Of a stretch of 64,000 bases of DNA, positions 10,281 to 22,925 are shown piece after piece. The notes under the pieces are model-generated. The model was not told where the DNA came from, made no database searches, and saw only the letters and a program-made list of their open reading frames with translations. Origin of the DNA: Eledone cirrhosa (lineage: Eukaryota); contig OZ024743.1 of the NCBI GenBank assembly GCA_964016885.1, positions 166,470,001-166,534,000 of the forward strand. The letters run 5' to 3'. How positions within the stretch are numbered: position 1 is the stretch's first letter; each line of letters starts with the position of its first letter. The translations under genes and the position numbers were made by a program.

Positions 10281-12514
10281 TGTAGCAAGAGTTGCCTCCC
10301 TTGTTATGACGATCACATCACCAGTAACGCTCTCTAGACAGGAAGTAGCTGGAGTTACTTCCCGTTGAGGTGGCAGAACCTTCTTTGTCACTTCCGTCCG
10401 TCATTCCACCTTCTCATTCCACCTTTCGGCTGCTGGCCTTCAGCCTTCAGCCGTCCGTCATTCCACCCTCTCATTCCACCTTTCGGCTGCTGGCCTTCAG
10501 CCAGGCGCGTTCCGCCGAGGGTATACTCTCTGGCAACCTGAACATGGTAATGTAAAGACCCCTTGGTCTCTCGCTTCCTGACCAGTCAAAACGGTAAACA
10601 ACTAACTTTAATTCAGCCTTTCATCTCTCTTGGCATGTCAACTATTCTGCTCTACATAGCTCAACCTTGTTAAATAAACATTGTACATACAACCCAGTGT
10701 CACTGTTATAATTGGTGACCCCGAGAAAAAAATAATAGGATCTAGTGTTGCGTGAATATGAAAAAAAGAAAATTAATTAGCAGTATTTCAAAAAGAAAAG
10801 ATTCCTCAAACAACATTCCACATGGATTTTGTCTACAACGAAAAATATAAGTAATCTTTTCCTCAGCAGCAAACAAGCAGGAAAAAATTTTGCTTTTCAC
10901 CTCACGTGTTTACATCATTTAAATGTGTTTCAATCACTGGATATATCTTTCGTCCGTCTCACAACGAACACTCAAAAAGACTTGGACTCCTGTATTCTTA
11001 TATTCAACATGTCAATTTTGATGAACATCACAGCTCACTTACTCATTCAACTAAGCCTTTTTCGCTACTTTTTCATCACTTTCAAAAAAAAATTGAACTC
11101 GCCATATTTGTTATACAAAGTGAATATAGCCTTTCCTTCTTTTTCATCATATTGTTACGTTCACACACAAATTTTTCAAAATGGCTGCCAACGACCTGTT
11201 GCACTATCATTTTCGCGCCATTTTCTCGCAATAGAAATATTTTTTTTATTCAACTAGACTTTAATCTTGTTTCGGCACGTGTGGGAGCACACATCTCGAC
11301 TCACTGAGATAACACACGCCATAGATAATGTTTCTAGCCAAGGATTCTCCAGCCTCAAGCTATATTCTCCTATTTGGTGGTTTAAAAATTTACCACGTAA
11401 ATTTCCCGTTGAAAACTGCGCATTTATTCAGAATGATTATTTCTATGGTCGCTGGCCTCTTGACCCATCCAAATCAACGCGTTCTCAACATCGACCATCA
11501 ACTTTGGGTGTTATTTTTAGCACTTTGCGCAACTCATTTTTTCTGGGAAACTTTTTAGTGTGAATGGAAACAACATCGAATAGGCGAGACAACAACAACA
11601 CAGCTTCATCTTTGCTTTATCAACAACCAAAACCAGCAGAACAAAACACAGAGAATTTATTTTTGCAGCACTCTTCCTGTGAGAAAATCCCACCGCCTTC
11701 GGAGGTTGGGAATTTCACGTTGTACCACAGTCTAGAAACCACCTGCATACATTCTCTTGGTGACACACTCTCTTTCCTGCTGTCACCTGTGAACTGTATT
11801 TTGAACATTTGAACCTTTTTTAATAACTATGTTCGAGCACGTTTCTTTGCTCCTTTGACCTCTTCTTTTAGGTTGATTACATTGTATCTTTGTGTGATGG
11901 ATAGATAGATGTCCAGTCGTTCTCTGGCCAAGAGCGGTTGGCTACCTTGATATCTATCATTGATTTTTGCATGCTTATATTTTGCTGTTTTGCTTTTATT
12001 GCAAACATTATTTTTTTGTAATTTTCATGCCTGGACTTTGGTGTTACATGCTCGCCATCTTACTTCATACATGGTTGATTCGATTTTTATGTTTTAAAAA
12101 TCTGGCGGGAGATAATGTAGCAAGAGTTGCCTCCCTTGTTATGACGATCACATCACCAGTAGCACTCTGTAGACAGGAAGTAGCTGGAGTTACTTCCCGT
12201 TGAGGTGGCAGAACCTTCTTTGTCACTTCCGTCCAGGGAACTATAAAAGGAGAGAGCTGAAAGCTATCACCCTCTCATTCCACCTTTCGGCTGCTGGCCT
12301 TCGGCCAGGCGCGTTCCGCCGAGGGCATACTCTCTGGCAACCTGAACATGGTAAAGTAAAGACCTCTTGGTCTCTCGCTTCCTGACCAGTCAAAACGGTA
12401 AACAACTAACTTTAATTCAGCCTTTCATCTCTCTTGGCATGTCAACTATTCTGCTCTACATAGCTCAACCTTGTTAAATAAACATTGTACATACAACCCA
12501 ATGTCACTGTTATA
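10281..12514 (+). mobile_element. Non-autonomous LTR element B nested in the 5' LTR of element A
   Basis: LTRs 10281-10710 and 12116-12514 (TGTAGCAAGAG...CACTGTTATA); PBS TGGTGACCCCGA (complement of the tRNA-Trp 3' end) at 10713; purine-rich GGCGGGAGATAA before the 3' LTR; 4-bp TSD GGAT; the empty site AAAAGGATTAAATT is visible in A's 3' LTR at about 17897. Confidence 0.9.
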
Positions 12515-13230
12515 GGATTAAATTATACAATTATATGTGATACAAGTCTATAAATGTTTCAACTTGTGATTACTAAAAAGTACTAATAGGCATATTTTCG
12601 TTATAAAATAGTGACCCCGCCAAACGAACAAATTTTCCTTTCACACATAGGAGCCTAATTCAATATGGCCGTCTACTTTGTCTTCTTCGTCTTTTTGCGC
12701 GCTTTCGGGACACAATTTTTTTTTTCTTCAAAATGTCGACGCATCTTCTTGTTCGTCCGTTCCTGCGCTTTCGTTTTGGCTTGAACATGCGCAGTGAGTA
12801 TGCGCTCCAGACCTACAACCATGAGTAACAAACTCTCTCTCTCTCTCTCTCTGAAATTGATGTATTTTAACGGAAACAAAGAAAGGCTATTTTCCTTTTT
12901 TCTTTCTGCCGAGAGATACTCACTTGTTATTATGGAAAATGATAGAACCTTGGGGGAAGGCTTTTCCCATGCCACGTCCAAGGTGGTGGCAGTGGTAAAA
13001 GTATTATAAAACTTTAGGATTATTTACATGTTTTATTTACAAACCGATTACAAAGGTTGAACTGGCATGCCAAATAATGAAAACAAACAAATTAAATGTT
13101 ATATGTTAATAAAGTACGGTCGACTGGTCGACCAGGCCGAAGTTGAGTTTTACCGTTACATAATGGCTATTGGTTCAACCGCAAGGGGAAATGGTGTTGA
13201 CCTCCTGGTGTCAAAGGATCAACTAGTAAA

Positions 13231-14140
13231 GTGAAACAAAAAATCGTTTGTTCACCTTTTTACTTTCTGCCAAGGGGAGCAGCCCTTACAATATCATTAA
13301 CAATGGGAAGCAACTCTCTACCAATTTTTACAGGTGATGTACGAATTTGGTTCGCGCAAATCGAATCTTATTTTCTGGCAAATAATATATCTTCGGAGAG
13401 ACGACAGTTCCATCTTTTACTCAGTGCCATCCCTGCTTCCTTAACGCCAGTTGTTAAGGATTTAATCACTGACCCGTCGCCTGAAGCAATTTACAACAGC
13501 GTAAAGAAAGAAATTCTTCAGCGTACTTCTATTTCAGGTGAAAAGAGGTTCCGTACTTTGGTAAACGATAAGCATCTTAGCGATCGTCGGCCTACACGGC
13601 TCTTGCGTAGAATGAGAGAGCTTGCAGAAGATTCACCGCCAGACAGCATAATGATAAAGCAGTTGTTTTTCTCAAGGCTGCCACCTTATGTGCAGGCCAT
13701 TTTGGCAGCAATGATGGAGACTAGTTCGGCGGATCAACTAGCTTCGTCCACCGATAAGATCATAGACTATACCGGCAACTCTACCACTTCTACCCCGATG
13801 CAACTCACTGCAAATTCTTCTTCATCTTCACCAGTCGCATCGGTATCTTCGAACGCTACATCGCCCACTGAGGCTACGTTAAAGGCCATTTTGGAGTTAA
13901 GAAAAGAGGTGCAACTTCTACGCGCCTCAAGATCACAATCTCCCGGACAACGGTCGCGAAATCGCTCGCAATTGTCACATCCTAGTTTTCGACCTTCGCC
14001 ATCGCATGCGTTTTGGAGCCGCGGCACATAAGTGTATCCAGCCTTGTTCGCCATCACATGCGTTTTGGAGCTGCGGCACATAAGTGTATCCAGCCTTGTT
14101 CTTTTGCCAAACAGGGAAACCAATCGCCGGAGAACTGAGC
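13231..14140 (+). pseudogene. gag: Gypsy gag (disrupted near the Zn-knuckle by a tandem duplication)
   Basis: LPIF....WFAQIESYF...L.DRRPTRLLRRMRELA...KQLFFSRLP...; H.RFG..A.KC.QPC duplicated at about 13993-14100. Confidence 0.85.
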
Positions 14141-17100
14141 ACGGCACCTTCTCCGCCTTCGTACACGAACAATCCTGCATTTTTCATCACCGATTCATTC
14201 TCTCACACGCGCTGTCTGATTGATACGGCTGCGTCGTGCAGCATTTGAAGATTAAAGCTTTTGAGAGAGAAAACTCCTCTGTCACCAATTTCGCTACAAG
14301 CTGTCAATCATTCTGCTATTCCCACGTATGGACAAATCTCTCGCTCTTTGGACCTGGATTTAAGTATGGATTTTCACCATAACGAATTTGCCGTATCCTA
14401 TATTGGGTGCCGATTTTTTGCACCATTGTAATCTTATGGTGGATATGCGGACACGTCGTTTATTGGACGCGACTACGGATCTTTCTGCGCCTGTACGTAC
14501 ATCAGCAATCCAATCCATCAGTCTAGTCTTCTTCATCGCTGCTTCGGATAACCCTTACCATGCGCTTTTACATGCGCTTTCCGGAATTAACTAATCTGAA
14601 CTTTGTGGTAGATACCCCTACTCACTCTACCAAGCATGTTATTGAGACTAAGGGTGCTCCAGTTTTTTCACGCCCGCGTCGTCTTTCTCTAGAAAAATTG
14701 AAAGCGGCTAAGGCAGAGTTTAATCATATGCTCCAGTTGGGTATCGTTCGCCCTTCTTCCTGTCCGTGGGCTCGCCTTTGCATATGGTGCCGAAACATTC
14801 AGGAGGCTGGCGTCCCACTGGAGATTTTCGGAGATGAATTCGATCACTGTGCCTGACCGTTATCCAATTCCTCACATCCAGGATTTCGCTTCTCTTCACG
14901 GATGTACCATTTTTTCCAAATTAGACTTGGTCAGAGCTTACCATCAAATTCCTGTGAATCCTGCGGACATTCCTAAAACTGCTGTCACTACACCTTTCGG
15001 TGCATTCGAGTTTTTAACAATACCCTTCGGATTATGCAACGCTGCCAGTGCCTTCCAGCGGTTTATGGACGAAGTTGTCTGTTATTTAGACTTTGTATAT
15101 TGTTACATCGACGATATTTTCATCGCGAGTGCTTCACCGGAGGATCATATCTCGCACCTCCACCAACTGTTTGAACGATTTAGGCAGTACCAAGTTCGTA
15201 TTAACCCTGAGAAGTGTGTTTTCGGCGCTGCATCACTCGTCTTTTTGGGCCTCATGATCAACTCAGAGGCAATAGCCCCACTTCCTGAGAAAGTGAAAGC
15301 TCTTCAAGAACTCCCTCTGCCCACTTCCTTGTGACAGCTGTGGCAGTTCCTGGGTCTCTTGAATTATTATCACTGGTTTATTCCGCATTGCGCAGAACCT
15401 TGTCTTCACTGTCGGATCTCTTACGTAACAGCAAGAGGAAGAACGAACCAATTGCTTTGGGTCCTATGCAGCTTGAGGCATTCTCCAAAGCTAAACAGAA
15501 TTTAGCAAACACATCTCTGTGTCTGTTTTCGCTGGTTGTGGATGCATGAAACACAGCTGTAGGTGCAGTATTGTAACAGCATTACCAGCAACAGCTTCAA
15601 TCCCTTGCTTTCTTTTCAAAGCAGCTAAAGCCCGCCGAATCCCGCTATAACACTTTCGGCCGCGAATTTTTAGCCATTTTCCTGGCTGTCAAACACTTTC
15701 GACATTCACTAGAAGGCCAACAATTTACGATCTTTACTGACTATCGTCCGCTTACGTTCGCACATGGTTCCAATCCAGACAAATACTCGCCTCGGGAAAC
15801 TCGTCATTTGGACTTCATTTCCAAGTTTACGAATGACATTCGTCATATCCCTGGTGAACAAAATACAGCAGTGGATGCCTTATCTCGCCTGCTCATCAAT
15901 TCCTTGTCAACATCTGTGGATATTGACTTGCATCTCATGGCTGCAGAACAGCTCACCCTAGAGTCGTTGGATCTCTCTTCACCGGAATTAGCAGCCTGCA
16001 AATTCAAATACCTACCTGTACCCACTTCGGACTCTCAGATTCTCTGTGATACTGCGACAGATTCACCTCGCCCTCTGCTCCCAGAGGCTCATCGTCGAAT
16101 AGTTTTCGACTCTCTACACAGTCTGGCACACCCCGGAATTTCCACCACAGTGAAACTCATTTCGGCAAGATTCTTCTGGCCGAATATGAGACGTGATATC
16201 ACTGCTTGGTCACGTTCCTGTTTGTCTTGTTAGAAGTCAAAGGTGCATAAGCATATTCGCGCACCCCTCGGCACATTTACCACTCCAGACGCTAGTTTCA
16301 GCCATGTGCATATTGATCTTGTTGGACCTTGGCCAATCAGTCAGGGATTCACATATCTCCTTACCTGTATCGACCGCTTCACACGTTGGCCTGAAGCCAT
16401 TCCTTTAAGTGACATTTCGGCAGAATGTGTAGCGCGAGCCCTGGTATCGGGTTGGATATCACGTTACGGTGTTCCTACCACTATCACCACGTGGTGGACA
16501 GTTCAAGTCTCATCTCTTCCTGGAGCTTTCGAAGATTTTAGGAGTATAGCGCATTTGGACTACCAGCTACCATCCAGCTTCCAACGGCATGGTAGAACGC
16601 TTCCATTGCCAATTGAAAGCCGCCTTGCGTGCTTATCCTGATCAGCAGCGTTGGAGCGAGTACCTACCCATCGTCCTTCTTGGCTGTCGTTCAGCAATCA
16701 AGGAGGATCTCGGATACTCCCCAGCTGAGCTAGTTTACCGAGTACCTTTATCTCTGCCGGGTCAGATGTTGGCTCCAGTTGACTTATCTTTGTCAGATCC
16801 CACTGTGTACGTAAACAGACTTCGATCGTATTTTGACGATCTTCCGCCGATGAATCCTCGACAACAAACTATTAAATCTTTGGTTCCGTAGGACATGTGC
16901 TCCTTAAAAATGATGCCGTGCGAAGTCCTCTCACGCCGCCCTACACGGGACCTTATCGTGTTCTTTCGCACACGAACAAACTTTTCACCATAGACATTTG
17001 TGGGAGAAAAGAAACTGTCTCCATTGATGGGGTGAAACGGGCCTTTTCAGACACTCTTACACCAGAGCCTCATACCCCCCCCCCCTTCCTACACTGTGTC

Positions 17101-17230
17101 AAGACAAACACCACCGCAAGCACTACAAGCTTATACGCTCACTCCTCCACCTTCAACATATGTCACGACAACCCGTAGTGGTCGTCGTGTCCATTGGCCT
17201 AAGAAACTGTGTAAAACAATTTATATATGA
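14114..17230 (+). pseudogene. pol: Gypsy pol (PR-RT-RNaseH-IN), multiple frameshifts and stops
   Basis: ILGADFL; [12 protein letters not shown]; [14 protein letters not shown]; KTAVTTPFG; YIDD; H.LAHPG; HIDLVGP; [10 protein letters not shown]; MVERFH; PYTGPYRV. Confidence 0.92.
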
Positions 17231-17930
17231 ACTAATTTATGTATAACAAACTTTGAAACTTGCCTTAAAGCATGAATTATTCTTCTTTATTTTCAATTTT
17301 GCATTTACTTTGTTTGATTTTCAGATATTTTCTTCTCATTTTTATCGAGCACTTCGCGGTCTAAGCAGAGGATGATGTAGCGGCACTTCCATCCCTCGCA
17401 ACAACAATGTTTCATGTGCAATTGGGTTAAACAAACCAATCGTATTAGATCGTGCATGAATACATTGTTGCTTCCATCTAGTAAAACTTCCTATGTCAAC
17501 AGAGATTGATCCGAACTCCTGTATAAGAAGACATACTACGGAATATCTCCTACCATATTCCTCGTATTTTCCTGTTAAGAGGAACTTAATGTTTATCAAC
17601 GAGATGTATTCAACATTTCCTGTATTGTTCTGTTACGGAATGTTATCAACCATGAGGTATTCAACATTTCCTGTATTGTTCCAGGAAGTTTCTTCCTAGC
17701 TTCAACCAGTAATTGCTTTCATTTCTTATATCCTCCTGTGTGTATATAAATTCGGCCTTCAAACAATAAATATATATATATATAACGAATCGAGTGTTGA
17801 AGACATAATTATTTATACATGGATCTCAGAAGCCTGTCGTTGTAAGTATAAAGGAAGAACCACACTGACTAAGGTGTTTCCGCAAAGCCTTATCTTAAAA
17901 GGATTAAATTATACAATTATATGTGACACA

Positions 17931-18128
17931 GACTCAGACTCAGGCTCAGAAGCTCCCGCGTCTTGCGACGCATGAGGCAATCATAGTGTTCCATCGCGTT
18001 CGGTCAGCAGCCAGTTGCACGGCGTCCCGCCATTGTCTGTTTGTCGCTCGCAGGTCCCTCTCAACTGTCTGGCGCCAGTTCATTTTGGGTCGCCTTCTCC
18101 GCCTGCTTCCCTGCGGGCTCCATTTAAG
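17931..18128 (-). mobile_element. 5'-truncated RTE-like LINE tail inserted in the 3' LTR of element A
   Basis: Minus translation LKWSPQGSRRRRRPKMNWRQTVERDL...AADRTRWNTMIASC then a (TCTGAG)n tail. 12-bp TSD ATATGTGA(C/T)ACA at 17919-17930 and 18129-18140. Absent from the 5' LTR. Confidence 0.85.
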
Positions 18129-18733
18129 ATATGTGATACAAGTCTATAAATGTTTCAACTTGTGATTACTAAAAAGTACTAATAGGAATTTAACTCTACG
18201 TTATTCATAATGCTGCTATATCCACTTTAATAGTAAGTTTCGCCTTTCTTTGCTTTCGACGTTGATGACTGACTTCAATCAATCAAACACCCTTTTCTGG
18301 ACGAAAGCTAGGAAATTCCCAAAATGTATTATGCATCTTAACGTTATCTCCATAATTATGCGATTGGTGCCAGTGTAGCGAAATCTATCCACACACACTG
18401 ACTCCCAAGTTTCATCTAACGGGCATTTTCTAGGTTATCTCTTTTGGCGTCAGTTGTCTGAAGTAGCAGATCGTTTTAAGGTGAAAGCAAAAATAGGTTC
18501 TTGAAGCAGTCGTACGGGAACCTTCCTACGGTAAATACGGCAGAGTTTTGCTCTAATCGCCGACTGGCGACGCATTTTTTGTCTACCCATCAAACCACTA
18601 GCAAGATGTAGTCCTTGGCAAAAATATACCTCGGGCCTGCCTGTGGGCAGGGCTATAACGAAGATTATGTGTCGCTGGAGATGTTATTAAATTTATCGAT
18701 TCAGAAGGCAATGACAAAAACGACATAATCCGT

Positions 18734-20725
18734 TATAACAAAAATTCCCTTTTATTTGTTGTACAAATATGGAATCGAAAATAACAAAAGAAGGTTGAGC
18801 AAGTCTTCACATCGTGTTGGCTGCATGGACGTCTTGATGCTGGTCGTTCAGTGAACTCTCTCTGTGTCTCTCTGCCTGTCAGCCAACTGTGTCTCTGGTC
18901 CAAGTAGTCCCGCAACTTGTCTCGATCCGCTGAGGGTCCTGATTGGCTCACACTTCAGTCAATTTACCTCTGTGCCACCATTCTTCCGCCAAAGGAAAAT
19001 ACATTTAATCACAAAGGAAAATATATAATAATTATGTTCACTACAGTACCCTCCGTTTAGATCGAAGATCGATATCAATACATGAGTAGTGCTAAATATG
19101 CAATATGTCTACATGACATCAAACAATAAATAATCGTCGGGTATACCGAGAAAACACATACATGAATACAACCAAGAAAAATGAAACATAACATAATTGA
19201 ACAAGCAAAAGTAATTTTTTACATAAGAGTCAAAAGTTTGAACAATATCACAGTTCATATATAGATTGTTTTACTCAACCTCTGAGGCCAATGTACTCTA
19301 CGACCACTACGAGTCGTCGTAACACATGTGGGTGAAGGTAATGAAGGTGTGTGTGATATTGTGGGTGAGTATGCTTGTGAAGGTTCAACATCAATGTATT
19401 GTATGTAGGGGGTGTTTGGGGTTCAACTGGTGGAGCGTCTGTAAAGGCCTGTTTAATCCTATCTACAGAAACTGTTTCCTACCACAAATGTCTATGGTAA
19501 AAAGTTTGTCCGTTTTTGCCAGGACACGGTAGGGTCCTGTATAGGGTGGCACAAGTGGTCCTTTCACTGAGTCTTTATGTAGAAAAACGTGAGTCCAAGA
19601 AGTAATGTTTTTAGTAACCAAAGATTTAATCGTCTGTTGACGTGTTCCCATAGGCGGAAGATCATTGAAATATGATCGCAATCGGTTAATATATAACGTA
19701 GGATCTTCCCGCGATGCGTCGACTGGGACTAACATCTGTCCCGGTAAGGATAAAGGTGTTCCGTACAGCAATTCCGCTGGGGAATATCCGAGATCCTCCC
19801 TGACCACTGCGCAACAGCCAAGAAGAACTATTGGTAGATATTCACTCCATCTTTGCTGGTCGGGATAAGCACGCAATGCTGCTTTTAATTGTTGATGAAA
19901 GTGTTCTATCATGCCATTTGACGCCAGGTGGTAACTAGTAATTCTAATACAATGTATCCCTAAGATTTTAGAAAGTTCATGGAAGAGATGTGATTCAAAT
20001 TGTCCGCCATGGTCAGTGGTGATCGTGGAAGGGACACCGTATCGCGAAATCCAGCCAGACATCAGAGCTCGTGCTACCGATTCTGCTGAAATATCTTTGA
20101 GAGGAATAGCTTCAGGCCAACGTGTAAAACGGTTGATACACGTAAGAAGGTATGTATATCCATTATTGACCGGCCAAGGTCCAACTAGGTCGATATGAAT
20201 ATGGTCAAAGCGGGCATCTGGAGCGTTGAATGTGCCCAGAGGTGCTCGAATGTGTTTGTGCACCTTAGACTTCTGGCAAGGTATGCAGGAACGAGATCAT
20301 GCAATGATATCTCGTCTCATATTTGGCCAAAAGAATCTAGCCGTAATGAGTTTCACTGATGAATGGATTCCAAGGTGTGAGAGCTTGTGTAACGTATCGA
20401 AAACTGTTCACCAATGAAGTTCCGGAACGAAGGGTTGAGGTGAATCAGTCGATATGTCACACAGGATGCTTGTGTCAAAATTGTGTTGCAGATAAATCCA
20501 AATCGTCCAAAGCAGGCTGGTCAGCAGCGAGCAAACGTAGATCAATATCCGGTTTTTGTTGATAGTGAGTTAACAGGTAAACGAGATAACGCATCTGCCG
20601 CTAAATTCTGTGATCCAGGAATATGGCGTATATCACTAGTGAATTGTGATACATAATCTAAATGTCGAGTTTCACATGGCGAGTATCTTTCGGGTTTCGC
20701 TTTGAGAGCAAATGTCAAAAGGACA
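18734..20725 (-). mobile_element. Gypsy LTR retrotransposon C, 5'-truncated (RNaseH end, integrase, PPT, 3' LTR)
   Basis: ORF 19463..20263 is an integrase paralogous to A ([35 protein letters not shown]). PPT AAACGGAGGG precedes an LTR at 19045-18734 (TGTAGTG...AATAAA...GTTATA). Confidence 0.85.
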
Positions 20726-21879
20726 AACCCGTCGAGAATGAATAAATTTCTCTACAATTTAATTGTTCATGATAAAGATCATCTTTCCAAACCACAGAAG
20801 TATCACAATTGTAGTCCTGGTCGTTTTTCAGCGACAACACTTGCTCAACAAATTGACCAACAGCATGTACACAACAAACAACACGACACCCAACCCAAAT
20901 CCCTGTTAAAATGCTGACAATGATGTGATGAAGCACACAAAATTTCTGAATGCAACCTTTTCTGGTTTTGTCTGCTGGTGACCAGACAACACAATAAATA
21001 CAGTAACTTCCAAATAGCATGGTAACAAAGGAAAAAAATTGAATTACACTAGAAATCGAACATAATTTTGTCTACGACCTATTAACTACACGGTCAATTA
21101 ATTAATTAACATGTTTTGTTTTCTCATCGTTTTTGTTTAAAAAAAAACAACAAAAAACTTCCTCCACTGTTTTTGGTACATTTCAAAATTCTTTCCTCAA
21201 TTCCAACTTCCTCTCTTCAATGTTTTAATATCTCACTGATCTATTCTTGCACTTTTATAGAATTTGGTATTTTAAATATTTACTCACACACAACAATACT
21301 CATCTTAAAATCTCACACATATTTCCTCGTATTTGGTACATCTCATAATTCCTTTTTTTTTTTTCCATTTCAACTCCTCTTCAATATTTCAATATCACCA
21401 CTATTTTTGCCGTACCTTTACAGTTTTTGAATTTACTGTGGATTCACCCATATGGAATCTTACGCAAACACACATTGCTCACTTGTCTTCTTTCTCCTCT
21501 CTTCAAAAATAGGATGGCGGGGGGGAATGTTTTATCTATCTCTTGGCATGCTCATTGCTCTTTCTTTTCCACTGTACTTGCCTGCCTTTCACAACGTGAC
21601 ACTCCCCCCTCCCCACACACACATTCCCTGCCCCTTTTCCACTTCATATTTTTTCATCCACATTCGTCCTTGTGCATAGACCACCTAACAGGTCAGTCTT
21701 CAACCTCTCATTCTCCACCAACTTTGGCACGCATGAGAAGAGCTAACTTGTTTCCCTCTATCCCCCTCCTTTCCACCATTGGATTCAAATGGAACTAACC
21801 CCGCTCACCACTTCTACAACAGTTAGCCCACCCCCAGAACTACCTAACCTCCATTCTAGTCCCACCATTAGAGTCAATG

Positions 21880-22925
21880 CTCTATTGCCAGTTCATTCTC
21901 TCACCCAAATTCCAATGCTGGCCCCCTATTGTTGGTCGCTACCAGCTCACCACCTGTGTTCTCTGTGCCCACACTAGTTGGTACCTGAAGGCAATCAAAT
22001 GTCACCTGTGTTTCCAAAGCTACCACAGGAGCTGCTTTGGCATCACTAAGGCTCAAGCCGAAAGACTTCAATACTGAACTTGTAACCAGTGTCACTTTAG
22101 CTCCGACGTACTTCATGGAGATGTCCCACGCTTCGACGATTAGCTCTCTACTGAGGACTTTGCCGCAGCCCTCCAGGGTCTATCCAAATCGAAGCTCATG
22201 AACCGGATCCCTAATGGGGCTTGGAATAGCTTTGCACGTGCCCCCTCCAATCTGTTGAAAAACGTTTGTTTATCCAACAATATGTCTGACTGGCAGAAAC
22301 TGTTTTTGTTCCCTCTCATCTCTCTCCACGTGCACAATGTGAAATCTGGCTTCTTCATATCTTCTCTCAGGCAATAGTTCCAGCTGTTTGAGTCCACCCC
22401 AACCACTTCTCACCTCAGCTTGAAATCGAGGTCGGTGCCTACCAACAGGCAACCGATAAACCTCAAGCGTGTGGTTAATGCCAAATTCAGCGAATCTGAC
22501 ATTAATGGGGCTGTCCATCTCCTCTCTTCTCTGTCCTCCCTCACACCATGTAATTCTGATTCTCTCGAGCGACTGAAAGAGAAGCACCCATTGGCACCCC
22601 CAGATGATCAGTTACACTTGCTCAAACCACCAGAATTCTCGAGACTGGTCCACACCACTGATAACATCAGGGAAACGATTGCATTCTTCCCTGCTGGTTC
22701 TGGTGCGTGAATTGATGGTCTACAAACTCAGCACCTCAAGATTGGTATTTCCTTATTGGCCGGTGACACCAGACTTAGTTTGTGAGTAAGTTCTCTTCAG
22801 AAAACATTTTTCCCTATATCCGCCCACTGTTCTTCGGTACAAAATTATTCGGACTCACAAAGCCCATCGGAGACCTGTGCCCCATTGCGGTTGGTTGCAC
22901 TCTTTGCCGCAAAGGTGTGTTTGCT
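21880..22925 (+). mobile_element. CRE-clade-like non-LTR retrotransposon fragment with upstream PHD-like finger
   Basis: C..C...IKCHLC..SYHRSC.....CNQC (21950-22095); RIPNGA; GAVHLL; LKEKHP; FPAGSG.G.DGL..QHLK; FFGTKLFGLTKPIGDLCPIAVGCTL...AAKVC, which resembles the CRE RT N-terminal motif FGA.L.AL.K..GG.RPIAVG. Confidence 0.7.

Larger units (their letters stand above)
9739..18205 (+). mobile_element. Gypsy LTR retrotransposon A (degenerate), both LTRs carrying nested insertions
   Basis: 5' LTR 9739-12604 (interrupted by element B) and 3' LTR 17376-18205 (interrupted by an RTE) both start TGTAGCGGCAC and are near-identical. PBS-like TAGTGACCCCG at about 12609. Internal gag and pol. Possible TSD CAGA/CATA. 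Confidence 0.85.

Noticed and set aside
20726-21100. ORF 20715..21020 as continuation of the element C pol
   Set aside because: Pol homology stops near 20725; upstream sequence is unassignable
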